The notes under the pieces were generated by a model. The model ran no database searches. It saw only the letters and a program-made list of their open reading frames with translations, and was not told the DNA's origin. A program made the position numbers and the translations under genes. 64,000 nucleotides of DNA from Nageia nagi. Its lineage: Eukaryota; Plantae; Pinophyta. The stretch spans positions 19,034,001 to 19,098,000 of the forward strand of contig JBITNC010000001.1 of assembly GCA_050084985.1 (NCBI GenBank). The letters are read 5' to 3'. Positions 1 to 13,600 of this stretch are shown piece by piece (within the stretch, counting starts at the first letter, position 1; every line of letters begins with the position of its first letter).

Positions 1-1645
1 AACTATTACAAAAGTAAGGGTTTGCTATTACAGTGCAGATTATAGCTTAAGTGAAGATATAATCTTATTGTAATGCATCCAAATGATGTGTGAAGCATGA
101 TGAAAAAATCAAGGAGGAGGTCAAACCGCAAACCTCCAAAGGAATGGGTGAATGTTGTCATGTGAGAAAAGCCAAAGATTACAGAGTAAATAGAGATTGA
201 TCTAATGCCTACTATCTTTAAAAATAAAATTTGAATCAAGGTCCTTAAGAATATCATTACCCAAGAAGAAGATCAACAAAAGTTTACTTTTTTTGGATGA
301 TTTATAGTAATAATACCTAGTTTGTATGTGATCAAAATATGGATGATTGAGATATGGTGTATGAAAGATACTGTGAAGCTAGTGGCCCTTCCAAAAGAAT
401 TTTTACCTTTCAAATTCAAAAGTGAGGAAGATATGTAGAAAGTCCTAGAATTAGGCCCTTGGTTCCTTAGTAGAAAGGGATTAGTTTTGAAACATTGGTA
501 TAAAGGATTTCTCCTAGAGAAGGAAATTTTTTACCTAATCCCCACTTGGGTTTCACTCTTGCATCTCCCAACAAAATTTTGGAATGTGAATATCTTAGCA
601 AGTATTGTTAAATGAATAAGATTGTTTGTTTCAATTGAGAGAGCAACAAGGATGCAATCAAGAATGATAGAGGAAAGATTTCGTGTAAATATTAATATTA
701 GTAAGAAACTAAACAATACAATGCTTATTGAGGAAGAAGATGGAGGTATATGGGAGAAAAATATTATCAACAAAAACTTATTGATTAGATGTGGGATTTG
801 CAAGTAGTTTGATCATTTTGCAAAAATATGTCCAAAAAAAAGGAGAATAAGTTAAATTAACAAGGCTGAAAAATATTCTAACGATATAATGATAAGAAGA
901 AGGAACAAATTCATAGTAGGAGTCCCCCACAATCATAACATAAATAACCTAGCCCACAAAAAAGTTTGAAAAGTGGGAACCCCTATGCAACACTCAATGC
1001 TATTGAAGATAATAATAATGATTATAGTTTAGATGAGGAGGCCATTGATGTGGAAGGAATGACATATGATAAGTAAGGATAATTAAATAACCAAACAAAA
1101 TGAGCTTGAAATGAATATAGTCATGCTTCAAAAATGCAACAAGAAAGTAGGGAAGGCAAGAAGGAAATCCCACTAAGGAAAATAACATGTTATAGGAAAA
1201 ATCCAAATATAGGTAAAGCACACATTGGGTGTCTATACCAAAATGAAGTTAGAGAGAAAATGATAGATAAAGGTCTTATAAATGGTTTTCAACTCACTCT
1301 AGATCTAGTCACTATAACTTAGCCCATCTTTGGGTTGAGTAAAGGATTTCTAAATTAAAATGTCCAAGTTATGAAGATGCAATTGGGTCCTAATGAAGTT
1401 GTAACCCAAACGCAACTTGGCTATGATCATGACATATTAAATAGATAGAGTATGCTACATTGTGGCTATATATAGTTAGCATTTGAATTTGATTAGCTAT
1501 GTTTGGCTATTTTTTCAACTACTTTTAGCTACTTATAGGTATAGCTAGGTAGCTGGTTTTAGTTAAGACCACTTTTTGATTGGTTTTGGGATCCAATTAA
1601 AAATCATCATTTTTTTGTTAATATAATTTACCTATCAAAAAAAAA
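1..1645 (+). mobile_element. ORF1-only L1-clade (HAL1-like) non-LTR retroelement, copy 1; 5' end lies just upstream of the window
   Basis: Decayed L1 ORF1, then ~320 bp of 3' UTR ending TAATATAATTTACCTATC-A9 (poly(A) 1637-1645). Colinear with the copy at 35198-37035 from the 5' UTR to the tail. No ORF2 sequence between ORF1 and the poly(A). Confidence 0.75.
98..1322 (+). pseudogene. L1 ORF1 protein remnant (DUF4283 + zf-CCHC_4 zinc knuckle)
   Basis: Manual translation gives FKFKSEEDM*KVLELGPWFLSRKGLVLKHW...IPTWVSLLHLPTKFW, then RCGICK*FDHFAKICP (CX2CX4HX4C). Multiple stops and frameshifts. Confidence 0.8.
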
Positions 1646-1685
1646 TATTTAACATAATAATTTTTTTATTTATGTGGTATTATAG

Positions 1686-4600
1686 GTTTTCAAAAGAAAA
1701 GATTCTTCCAAGTGATAATGTCATCCTTCTTTCGTGCATAAAGACATATGAAATTTTGAAGGATATAGGGGTAGAGTATAATTCATACCATGCTTGTATT
1801 AATGATTGCATATTGTATAAAGGAAAAGAATATGATATAATCAATCCATTTCCAAAGTGTGGTGCAAATAGATACCATTTAGGATTGAAAGGGAATAATA
1901 TTGCTCAAAAGGTTGTTCACCATATGCCAATCATTGCTAAGTTGATGTGAATATTTTGATGTAAGTCACTTGCATAATTTATGGATTGATATGTAAGAAA
2001 TAGAAGTGAATATGGTATATTACACATTCCAACATGTATTATAGCAATGAAAAATATAGAGGATAAGTAACTGATAAATTAAAAAATTGAACCTAGGAGT
2101 GTTAGATTAGGTTTAGCATATAATGGTGTCAATCCACTTTTCATGCAAATATATAATTATCCATGTTGTCTTATTGTTATAATCAATTATAACATACCTC
2201 AATGAATGTATATAAAAAAATAATATTTGATGTTGACTCTATAATCCTTGAAAACTATCAAGTGAAAAAAATGGATGTTTACGTTGAACCATTAATTGAC
2301 TAACTGATGCTCTTGTAGGAATGAATTCATATAATTGATATAAGTATACCTGTACATTAGAAGTCATTCAAATTATATGGTATATTATGTTGGACTATAC
2401 ATGACTATCCAGGTCTTACTATTTATATAAGTATGTATATATCTAATATTTATTATATTACATATATATAAAATTAATATATTGTAAATATTATTTGATT
2501 TTCTTTTACTAAATGATTATGCATTCTATAATTAAAATTATTATATATCTTCATACAAAAGCTTATCATTCTTTTCCTTGATGTTCAAAAAATATCACAT
2601 CGAGATATTTGCATCATTTGAAAATGGAATACCTTGGCCATCAAAGATATTTTCCAATAGATCATAATTTTCAAATAAACAAATCCTATGGTTATAAAGA
2701 TAAAAACCCCATTCCTTGTTATGAAACTCCTATGGATTGGAGGATAAAGTATAATCAAAGTGTGGAAGTAGTTAGGAAAAGAGCTTGTAAGGAAGGTAAT
2801 GTTGTAGGGCTGGATGATGAGATTATTGTTAGTGAAGGTGACTTACCCAAAGGTAAAATATTTAATAGTATAATATATTAGTATATTTATTTATTTGAAA
2901 AATGAATATTTATAATAATTCAATTTCATTATTTTACCAATCAAATGATTAATTTTATACATGTTTTTAGGCATGAACAAACTATTAATATTTTATGAAC
3001 TTCCATACTAGAAGTACTTGTTAATGGCATATTTATTAGATCCTATACCATTGTAAAGAATGTTGCATATTATTTGTATCAATTTATAATAAGAAAATAA
3101 TTAAATGGTTTTCATGTGAGAAATGAATTAAAATAAATCAATACAAAGTATGCCTTATGGATAGCTCAAAATGAATATGGAATGAAAAATATACTTACGA
3201 TCATATGGATTATGAAAAAAGAAGAAGTGGACAAGTTACAAAATGTTGTTTGAACCATTAGAACACCAATTAAGAATGGATCATGTCTAATAAAAGAATT
3301 AAGTAATGATGGTAAAATAATAGGATTCAATTATCATGATTACCATAACTTATTGAAGGTATTGATGTCATGTTATATGTATATAGAAATCCCTATAATA
3401 TTCATATTAATATATATTTTATGTAAAATATAGTGATTAATATCACTTACAAAAATACATGTATTTATTTACAACATATTTTTCCAATTGCAATTCATGG
3501 ATGTGTGAGTTTACCATCTGATCTAAGACATGTAATTTATCAAATATCATTATTTATAAGGTATTCCATGTTATATTACCTCTATGAAAATAATAACATG
3601 TGTTTATGGTTTTTTTTTATGCATTTTGATATATTATATTTTGATGATATTATATTTCATAAATAGATGGTTATATTCAAAGGAGATATGCATGGTCCAA
3701 ATAAATAGATGGTGCACATAAATTGTTGAAATTGTCTATAAATTTAAAAAAAGAAATACTTATTGCTTATATAGACATACAAGTGCACCTATTAGTCCAC
3801 CTAGTAGATGATATTTGTATAACAAGTGTTATGAGTGCTAGAAACATGTTTTAGTAGAGAGAATTTTAAAATTACTAAAGATATTTATTAGAAAAAAAAA
3901 TATGATCAAAAGGATCTATGCGTGAGGTGTACAATGTACAATAATCATGCATTGTGAATTTAAAAATTATAACATGCATGAATCTATAAATCAATTTGTC
4001 ATAATGTGTTTTGAATGTTGAGAAAAGTGGATGGAATTGTATAAAACAAAAAGAAGAGAAATAAGACAAGACTATGCTTTGTTTTGGAAATAAAATCCAA
4101 TAGGAACATCTCTACTTGAAAATCTAAGAAATGAAAGATAGCTAGAAGAGTATCCAAGGTCTTGGATGCAAAATGAAATTAAAATGAAATAAGTTATCGA
4201 AGAAAATATGGATGAAGATGCATTAAATATAGGTATTGGTTGTAATAAAATGGTAATTATTATTTTATTCATATGTATTTAATTTTTAGTATTTTTATAA
4301 GATAATTGCATCTTATAGACATATAATGATTGCACTCATAATATTTTCATGCCAATGTATGTAGGCATGGTATTTCCCTTCAATTCAAGCATATGATCAA
4401 CACTTCAAGATTGAAAATAATGATCAGAACATAATGATATTTTATTATAAAGTGATGGTTGCTTTTTACCAAGAAAGTAATGCAAGTATAAGAGATACAA
4501 ACTTGAGACAAGGAACATTACAATATATTAAAAAATCCAATAAATTATTCAATTGGATTATAGGTCATTCTAGTGTGTAATATTTAAATATAAATGGTTT

Positions 4601-4852
4601 GACACACTTGATAGAAGAACAAATTTGCATGATAAACCTAGTGAATATTTTGCAATCAAATACATAAAATATTTATCTAAAGATAAAGATCCTTATATTT
4701 TACCACAATATTACAATCAAATATTTTGCATCCTAGATGTCGTAGATGAGAAAATGTATTTTGTGATTAATTGTAATCATAAAGAAAAATATATTATTTG
4801 TCTTATTGATGAAGATAATAATGACATTTTAATGATTAATAAAGTGAAATGA
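1686..4852 (+). pseudogene. CACTA (En/Spm) TnpD-type transposase pseudogene (Transposase_21 / DUF4218 / DUF4216 region), intron-containing
   Basis: Motifs YNSYHACINDCILY..KCGANRY, EPRSVRLGLA, DVYVEPLID, TIHDYPG, YLGHQRYFPIDH, FYELPY*K, HDYHNLLK, QVHLLVHLV, DPYILPQYYNQIF. AT-rich GT..AG-type introns at about 2431-2544, 2853-2970, 3359-3474, 3561-3666 and 4253-4364. Confidence 0.9.
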
Positions 4853-5129
4853 AGCATTGAGTATTTTGATTTATACTTTTATGAATGTTATGACATATTT
4901 GATTGCATTAATGGATATTATGATTTATTTGAATATTAATATGTTCTGATTTATCAATGTTATGACATATTTTAATGGAAATAATTATTATATGGATTCA
5001 AAAAAAAAAGGATCTAACAGGATGTATGTAGAGGCTCATTAATTAAATTGATTGATCATGAATGATAAATTCCTCATCTTAATCATCAATGATTTATTAT
5101 ATAAGTCATACATGGTAAGATTCTTTATT

Positions 5130-5530
5130 AAACTAGGCCTTCACTTCAAATACCATCAAATTCATATAAGAAAATTAGATATCATTAAAATAGATTTTCC
5201 TTATAATAAATAATTAAAAATTCCTTATAACCAATAAATTTCTTGTTAATATATAATCTATGAATTTTTTTTGGGCATTTCCACTACTAGAGTAAAAGGG
5301 CAAGCTATATCTCTTCATTTCTCTTTTCCATTACTTTTGAAGATTTGAACAAGAAAATGGGCATCCAAAAAATACTCGAGGATATGAATATCTTGAGATT
5401 TGATTGAATGATATGATACAAGGTTTTCCCATTCATATTTCAAAAATGTAGAATGACCATATTACTATAATAGAATATCCCATAAACTATCACTTAAACT
5501 CTTTATAATTGCATGTCTAAACCAATAAAA
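5130..5530 (+). pseudogene. Highly decayed LINE reverse-transcriptase fragment
   Basis: KLDIIK (cf. KLDxxKAYD) near 5172 and a frameshifted segment near 5280-5360 resembling RGxRQGxPxSPFLFxIxxExL. Confidence 0.4.
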
Positions 5531-5539
5531 ATAATCCCT

Positions 5540-5615
5540 TATACCTAATCCCTAATCCCTAATCTCTAATCTCTAATATATAGTATCTAATACATAATAT
5601 CTAATAAATAAATAA
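5540..5615. repeat. Degenerate heptamer tandem repeat (CCCTAAT/CTCTAAT), telomere-like variant
   Basis: cctaatccctaatccctaatctctaatctctaat followed by decayed copies. Confidence 0.7.
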
Positions 5616-5949
5616 TATAATGCAAATTAATAAAAATAATCATATCCCCAAATATTTCCTAAAAAATTAGCACCAAATATAGCCCCCTAAATTAATTAAT
5701 TTTTTTTTCAAAGTATTTCTGACATAATTATTACATCAACAATTGATTTGGATATAACATCATATGGATATACCCTTTGAGTTAGCAATTATGTTAAATT
5801 ACATCATTTATTAAGTCTGATATTGAGTCAATAATTACATCAAATTAATTCATTTTTATATTTAAGTATAGACTCAACATTAGAGTCAAAATTTGCATCA
5901 GAATATCCCTAAAAATTATGAAAATTGATATTTGACATACTTTGATACA

Positions 5950-6500
5950 TTTTGATATTGTTTACATTACGATGAACTTAAAAAAATCCTTGACATATAC
6001 CCTAACTCAAATTATCCTTTTACTAGTAGTGGTTATCTATTTTTCATCAATGTTTATCCTTATTTGTTATCATGTTTTTTTAAATATTGTAACAAATTTA
6101 TCAATTCTTTCCATTGGACCTTGCTTTAGGGTATACAAATTAGTTATTTGTAACTCTTACTTTACATTATGCTTGTATTGAATAACAAATAAAATGCAAA
6201 GCTCCCAAAATGATGAAATAAAAATTTTGAGTAGAGAATAGAATTATTCATGAGCATCTCCTTCCAAGTTATGAAGGAAGAATTTGTAAGCACCCTTTGA
6301 TCCATCCCTATTTTTTAATGCACATTCTTCATGAAATTTTTGAATATGCTTTTTCATATCACCTTCATTGTTGATTTTATATTTTTTTTTTATTCTTTAA
6401 GTTATCATGTGGGAACGCATTACAAATCTCTTCACAAATTGGGCTACTAATCTCACCAAAGTTTGGATTTTATGTTTCCTTAGCACATTCAACTTGAGAA
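5950..6500 (-). pseudogene. Decayed LINE reverse-transcriptase fragment
   Basis: The minus strand reads MKVDM/xKAYSKIS..GWIKGCLQ across a frameshift (cf. KLDMxKAYDxVxW..WIxxC). Confidence 0.5.
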
Positions 6501-7689
6501 AGTCAACATACCAACTCTTGAATGGAGGGTGTAGAATGTGCATTATCACTTATTTATCCTTGACCACTACCTCCATTTCTAAAAGTAGTATAGTTGCTAA
6601 GAGGAATACCTTGTGAAGAAAGGAATTCAATAAGAAAATGATCATCTACCACTTCTACAAAACAAAATTACTCTTATCTAAAACCTTATGGATTTTGGTA
6701 CAACTAGATGAAAAAGAATCGACTTCACAAATTTGTGGATATATAAAAAGTAGGAATTATAATAAAATAATAGTAAATAATACTCCCAATATCTTCTTGG
6801 ATTAAATACATTTAATGGTCAAATGATAAGCTTTAAATAAATAAATATAATAAATGTATTCAATGGATAACATAATTAGGGCCTACCAAGATGGGGATTC
6901 AAATACTTGCTTTACTTATCTAAGAATGATGATCATGGATGAAACATAACTCAATAAAAGTATTTTTGAGATCTTAAAGCTTAGAAAAAAAAGAAGAGGA
7001 TCATTGACAATCTTCCCTCTATAGGAAATGGACTATTATCGGTCCAAAAATGGGTTTTTGGTGGTATACATTTGGTGGATCTAGGTTCCCAACAAAGGAT
7101 CATTGATCATTCAAACTATAATGATGTTAGTTCATGTGCATATGATAGCTCATAAAAGATAATAAATGTATCCAAATCCCAATCTTGGTAAGCAATATTG
7201 AATAAAATTTAAAAGGTATATAGCGCTATCAAGTCTTAGAATATATTTTACTAAATATTTCCTAATAGTGTGCTTATGTGGATCTCCATTATATAGGTAG
7301 CTTTATGTTTATCACCCACTCCTTGGTCCATGCACTACCTACAAACAAGATATACATTAGTTCACTATATTGATAATTGGGATGATAACATAAATAATTA
7401 AAATTATTTTGATAATATTAGTAATTATATTTAAAATATATATATATAACCAAATGAATTTATATAAATAAATAGAATACTAAGTGGTTTATATCCAATT
7501 TAAAACTAAATATTAGAAGTAATATAGATAAGATTAACCCTTCATATACTGATGCACTCCAAGCAATAGTTGAGATTGAATCTGAACTCTATCAATTTGA
7601 AGGATTAAATTTTGATTTTATTGATCAAATTGAAAATATTATAAGTTAAATAATTAATTTATCCTACCAAAAAACATTAAAGTATCCAC

Positions 7690-8020
7690 TGATAAGTAAA
7701 TATATTTGATTCCATTTACATATTAGAGAAGGGTACATCACCGCTGAGTGCCCTACTTTGAAGAAACTTATGGAGAAATACTATCAAATCTAACAAATCA
7801 AGGGAAAACATATAACAAGATATATTACAATATTTGAGATGAAAAGAAGATTCATTCCAATACCTAACTATTAAATATTTGGTTCCTAGAACTACTAGAC
7901 ATATCACTATCAAGGTAAAGAGTTTCTTAATGATATTGGTCATATATATTGTATGTTATATAGCCATACTAATCATCAATATATATTCTAATTGAAGAAA
8001 TAGATCCTATCCCATTCATT
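7690..8020 (+). pseudogene. Ty3/gypsy gag zinc-knuckle-like remnant
   Basis: LHIREGYITAECPTLKKL resembles the CxxHxxxGHxTxxCxxL gag motif. Heavily decayed. Confidence 0.35.
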
Positions 8021-11000
8021 TATACATTAAGTATAACCTATATCTCAACGATGGCATTAATTTGTATAGGCCCAACTCAATCATAACAACTTAAATGAAA
8101 ATAACAAATTTAACCTTAAAAGATATAACAACAATCCAAAAAATGGAAGGTGTAGAAGAGGAAATAACGAAGGTTTCAAAAATAAATAATAAGTATAATT
8201 TTGAATGGGTCAAAATTCTTACTCCTAAAACACTCACAACATTCATGAGTACCTCCAAGAATATTGATTCATTCAAATATAATTTTTCTATGATATGTAT
8301 TGGCCAGAATGACATGGTAGTATTTAGAAAATATCCTTTATACCTCAATGATGCAATGTGATGTCTAGACATGAAAGGAAAATATAAAGATTAATGGAGA
8401 ATTCAATTCATAAGTCCTTTAGACCTTATGATTTTCCAAGTGAGGTAAAACCTAAAAAATATCACAATGCCTATGATGCAAATATGATTTATACACATAG
8501 ACTATGGACAAATGCCTCTACAAGACAAGTAGACAAAGTTAAATGAAAATAATATGAAAATGTTATGATAAAGATTGATAAATACTATGTATGCTTAAAG
8601 ATCTAGCCAAATGATCAAATATGAAAATAATGACCATGAATTTAAATTTGGAAATAATATACATAATACTAAGAATGCAATTGAGAAAATAAAGAATGTT
8701 CAAACCCTAGGGTTTATACATTAGAGGTAAAACCCTAGTTTGAAACCCTAAGTATGAAATAACCTAAATTATGTCTGTATGAAAAATAATTATCAATGTA
8801 TAATTTACTCAAGGATACAAATCTTCAATTGAATGTGCCAAGAGTTTCAAATCTGAAAATACTCATGAAATTCACCATTAATAGCATAAGAGACCTCAAA
8901 TGACTAAAAGAGACCTTAATCCATATGTCATGGAGAAGTGTTCCCAAGGTGTGAAGAGGTGAGCTCAAGGTTTGATAAGGTCCTTTGAAAAATTGATGTC
9001 ATAGGTATGAATGCATTTAGTATATTGTATAAGTCATAGAACTCATTAAAAGTACATAAATGCAAGAAGAGTCTCAAAATGTGAGCCTTGATTAACTTTT
9101 ATGGACCTTATTCAGAATTGTTTGGGTGATGATGTGACCTGCAAGATCATTCAAGTGACTAGCAAGTCATATGATCCAATGGAAATAATGTGTTAGGAAT
9201 AACTTAAAGGATGAAATAGATTCAATCAATTTGGTTGAAGATGTTACAAACACACGTTAGCCAAACATGATAGTATAATAACACTATCAACAAAGCAAAA
9301 TGCAATTTTAGGGTGTTTATAATAAGGAATATAATCCTAATATTTTAATTATGATGATAAACCACTCATTTTCACTTTGAGTGTCCTCACTCTAAGGTAT
9401 TCATCAAATATTAATATTGGTAATAGATGAATAATCATAGGTACATAGAGTGCCTAAAGTTGTTAAATGATATATTAAACAAATAAGTACTAAAGAATGA
9501 CATAGGCACTAATCAATTGAAGGAACCTAAATAAAGAGAATAAATTGTTGGCAAAAAAAGAAAAATAACTATATTTCTAGGTATAAAAAAATTATGTCAA
9601 TTTCCTATGTAGTGATAAGATCTAGTACCAAGAAAGTAGAGAATAATATCCCTAACCTCCAATAAGTCATCCCAGAAAATAAATACCTTGACTTAGATAA
9701 ATACAAAGCAACATCAAGGAAAAGTAAATTTTTAAGGAGTTCACACATATCTTAAAAGAAGATAAACTGTAGATAAAATTGAAGTGCCAAATAGCCAAAT
9801 ACTAGAATAGATTAACAAACCTACCAAGAACACTTGTTCTGCCAAAAATTAGAGAGCTTGGTAAAAATATACAACCATCATCCATGCCATAATAAATTTA
9901 ATATTGACTAATATTATAATGGTGGTACTATGATAAAATATAAATTATGCACATTTCAAAACTTGGTGATAACTTAGGTATCTACTATTACAATTAATAT
10001 AATACAATATATCTCTTATCGATCAATCCAATATGTGAACAAAATGCATACTTAAAAATTTTAGTATATTATATTTAAGAATATATTCTTAAGTTGTTTT
10101 CAATTACATCAACATGATGAATACCAACATCATGTCATACATATCCCTATTAGTTATAGATTGGTTTGTAATTAATAATGGTATTTTGATTAGTAAAACA
10201 TAAGATGTGGTAGTATCTAATAAGGATTATGAAGGTCCTATTCCCTTGAATAGAGGTATGGATCACACATATACTCACTTTATAAATTTTAGTAGTGATA
10301 AAAATAATTTTATGAAAGATACTCCTATAAAAATTTATGATTTATATACACTCACATCTTAAAAAGTGTCTAATGGTTTTTGTGACCATATTAATCCTAC
10401 AATTGATGACTAGATAAGATTCCATAGAGGTGAATTCAATGAGGAGTCAAAATTGATTGAATTTATATGGAATATACATGATCATTAAGTGAAAAATATA
10501 AGAGCTTATTATGAATCTTGAAAGGAGAATAAAGAAGATTACTTAAGGTATATCTCATATAATATAGTAATATATGATGGGTCAACTTCACTACATAACT
10601 TCTTATAACAAATAATTTTTTTTTTTTTGATGATTTAATAAAATAGAATCTCTTGATGATAATTTGGTCACCACACTAACAAGAATATGGAGCACTCAAA
10701 AGGATAGTTTCCAACCATAGGATCAAATTAAGAAACATATAAAGTTAAGGTTTGAATCACAATAATCCTTTGAAGAGTCCATTTCATCATATTTTAGTAA
10801 TTCGAGACCATTTATACATATCCAAAAGTGTGAACAAACATGGAGATAAAAGGGAACTCCATAACCATTATTTGGGTCTACATATTCTACTAGATATTAT
10901 ATACCATTCTTAGACCATAGTATAATAAACAACAGTTGAGGAGAGGAGCTAACAATAGGGATGAACTCTAAAACAAGTTCATCAAAACTTTTATAATTTT

Positions 11001-11288
11001 TATTATCACCTAAATATTCTATAGGGCTTGCTAAAAATTTGAGAATTATTATTTTTTCCCCTAAAAAAAGCTATAAATCAATTACTAGATCTCCTCAAGT
11101 TAGTATTGTCCTCTTCTTCTAGAATTGCTAAGAAATTAGAACCTAAAAAACCTTATGAAAGAAAAGAAAAAAATATTGTAATGACCATGAAGAAAAATAT
11201 ATATAAACTATAAGAGAGAGAAAGAGAGGTCATATATGTGAAAATTAAACCCACACAATATCGCTTAGAGATCAAAATTAGGAAAATT

Positions 11289-13600
11289 TATTGGAAATGT
11301 TTGAGCATTCTTAATTAATGCATTGTTTTACTACAGTTAAATAGGAAAAATATATGATAATAATATACCAACAACTTTGACTAAGTTGTTAAAAAAAATT
11401 AAATATATCATTTAAAATATTGTGTATCCACTAAATAAGACATGTAGCTTATCTATTTCTAAATCTAAAACCTAATAATAATATATTTATCTAATGACTA
11501 ATCAGCCTATAATATTTCTTACACCCCCTCTTAAAGATGAATCCCGACATTAATTTTTACATATATTAGTTTTTCTCAGTGGCATTTTCCATCTTATTAT
11601 GTGTGTTATTGTTTGAGAATCTACCATCACAACTAAACTACAAAGGTGATTGGGGAGACATGCATCCAATCATGAACATCCATCAAATATGGTTGGAGAC
11701 CAACACATCCACCTAGGATTTTAAAAGCCTTATTACAATCTTAATTAAGCTTTTGGAAGCCTAAAAAACTTTACAATTTAGTTTTTGGAATCCTACAATA
11801 CATGTATGAATGGGGAAAAACACATCTATTTGTTCACTCTGTCAAATGCATTCGAAGAAATGTTCCATGAAAAATGAATTTCACTTGATCTTCCATTTAG
11901 TAGTCTTGTAAGGTCATAACATTTTGTGGATTAGGTATCAAGGTTGCCTTAGGATTGTTTCATAGCCTCTAGGTTTCCTTTCCTTTTGTAATAGGTTAGA
12001 TTCATTAGGTTATCTTTTTCTCTTTAGTCAATTATTGTAACATATATTAAAACATTACAATTTCTCCACTCCCTCTCTCTTTCTCTTTCTTTAAATAAAC
12101 AAAAAATTTAAAAATACACCTTATCACTCCATAAAATTTAACCTCAAAATATACCAATTATAACAATTGAAAAGAACTTCCCCTAATTTATTCTTAATAG
12201 TAAATGAAATTTACTTGACTTATTTAATATCTACCTAAACAAAATGGAACACCTAATAATAGGTATGCTAATTATATACTATATAAACAAGTTGAATGAT
12301 AAGAAATATTTCCATGTGATAAACATTGGTTAGTTTGACCTCTCTCAGATATGAAAAATCAAATGCCAACATCGATGTGTATCTCAAGTAGCCATTGTTG
12401 GATATTCATGAGATATACATTGTACATTATGCCTACCAAATAAGTTTTCCTTTATTATCTGTTGACCATTCAAAATGCTCTTATGGGTAGTGTTATTTTC
12501 CATGGATTTAATGCTTCCATTGGCTAGTTCTACCTAATAAGTTTCCAATGTTAGGCTCTACACCATGATTTTGCTATAGTCTAGGAGTTTGATGTCTTCC
12601 TCATAAGTCTTTGCATAATTTTTTTTTATAGCAATGCTCTCATGAAACTATAGTGTTCATAATAACACCACAAAATTGTATAATGAGAAGGGTCTCAATT
12701 TTTTAGATAAATAAGTCTTACAAACTAGTAGCTCAAACAAATCAGATCTACATGCAATGAGAAAATATAAAGGGAATTGGATGTTCCTCTTGATTGCTAG
12801 AATTCACGGGACTCCTAATTTTTCACTGAATAATTCTTGTATGTAATTATTATGGGAGGATTTATTTGTATTATCATCATCCAATTCTCTCTCCACCATT
12901 TTTCATTTATATAATCCCTTTAAATATTGTATACATGAGCATGTTTGAAATATCTAATGGTCACATGGGCACTTATGCATGTGATTAAGAACACTCTTTA
13001 TATATCTATAACTCTCAAATCAATTAGTTGTAGTCATGCATAGAATATATCCAAGATATATGAAACATCATCATTAGCACATATAAAACCTACAAATCTA
13101 ATATCTTTATTCCTTAATGAATGCCAATTTTTCAAGTATACGTAATCACAACTCTTACAACCACTCCAAGCTCTCACAATATGCATATCATGCCTTTCAT
13201 AGATCTTCTCAACACAATAGAATATAACACTATAATTATTACTAAACCTATTTTTTTATATATAATTATATTAGAAGACTAAAATAATAAATTCTTCACA
13301 TAATTGGGTGGGAGGGTAACCTCACTAGCACATATTTCTCCTCACAACCCACTCTTCTACCATACTGTAAATTTTCAAGCACTCTTAATTAACTCATTGT
13401 AATACTACACTTAAATCAGAAAAATACATGATAATAATAGACCAACAACTTTGACTAATTTTTCATAAAAAACACCAAAATATATCATCTAACATCTTAC
13501 ATATCCACTAATCAAGGCATGTAACTTATCTACTAATAAATCTAACATCTAACACTAATAGATTTATTTAACATGTAATCAACCTATAATATTTCTAACA
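11289..13600 (-). mobile_element. Non-autonomous LTR element (short ~235-bp LTRs, ~1.8 kb internal region) inserted in the gypsy relic
   Basis: Direct repeats at 11289-11523 and 13363-13600. Minus-strand PPT (plus strand ccccctcttaaag, 11524-11536). Decayed Met-PBS (actcttctacca, 13351-13362). TSD AAATT/AAATC. Confidence 0.8.

Noticed and set aside
5540-5615. Interstitial telomere or chromosome-fusion scar
   Set aside because: Only a few degenerate CCCTAAT units, not canonical CCCTAAA. Such runs are common inside plant TEs.
8357-9248. Possible solo LTR (TGTGATGTCT...AGATGTTACA)
   Set aside because: The termini look LTR-like, but the flanks (TGCAA / AACAC) do not form a TSD and there is no second copy in the window.
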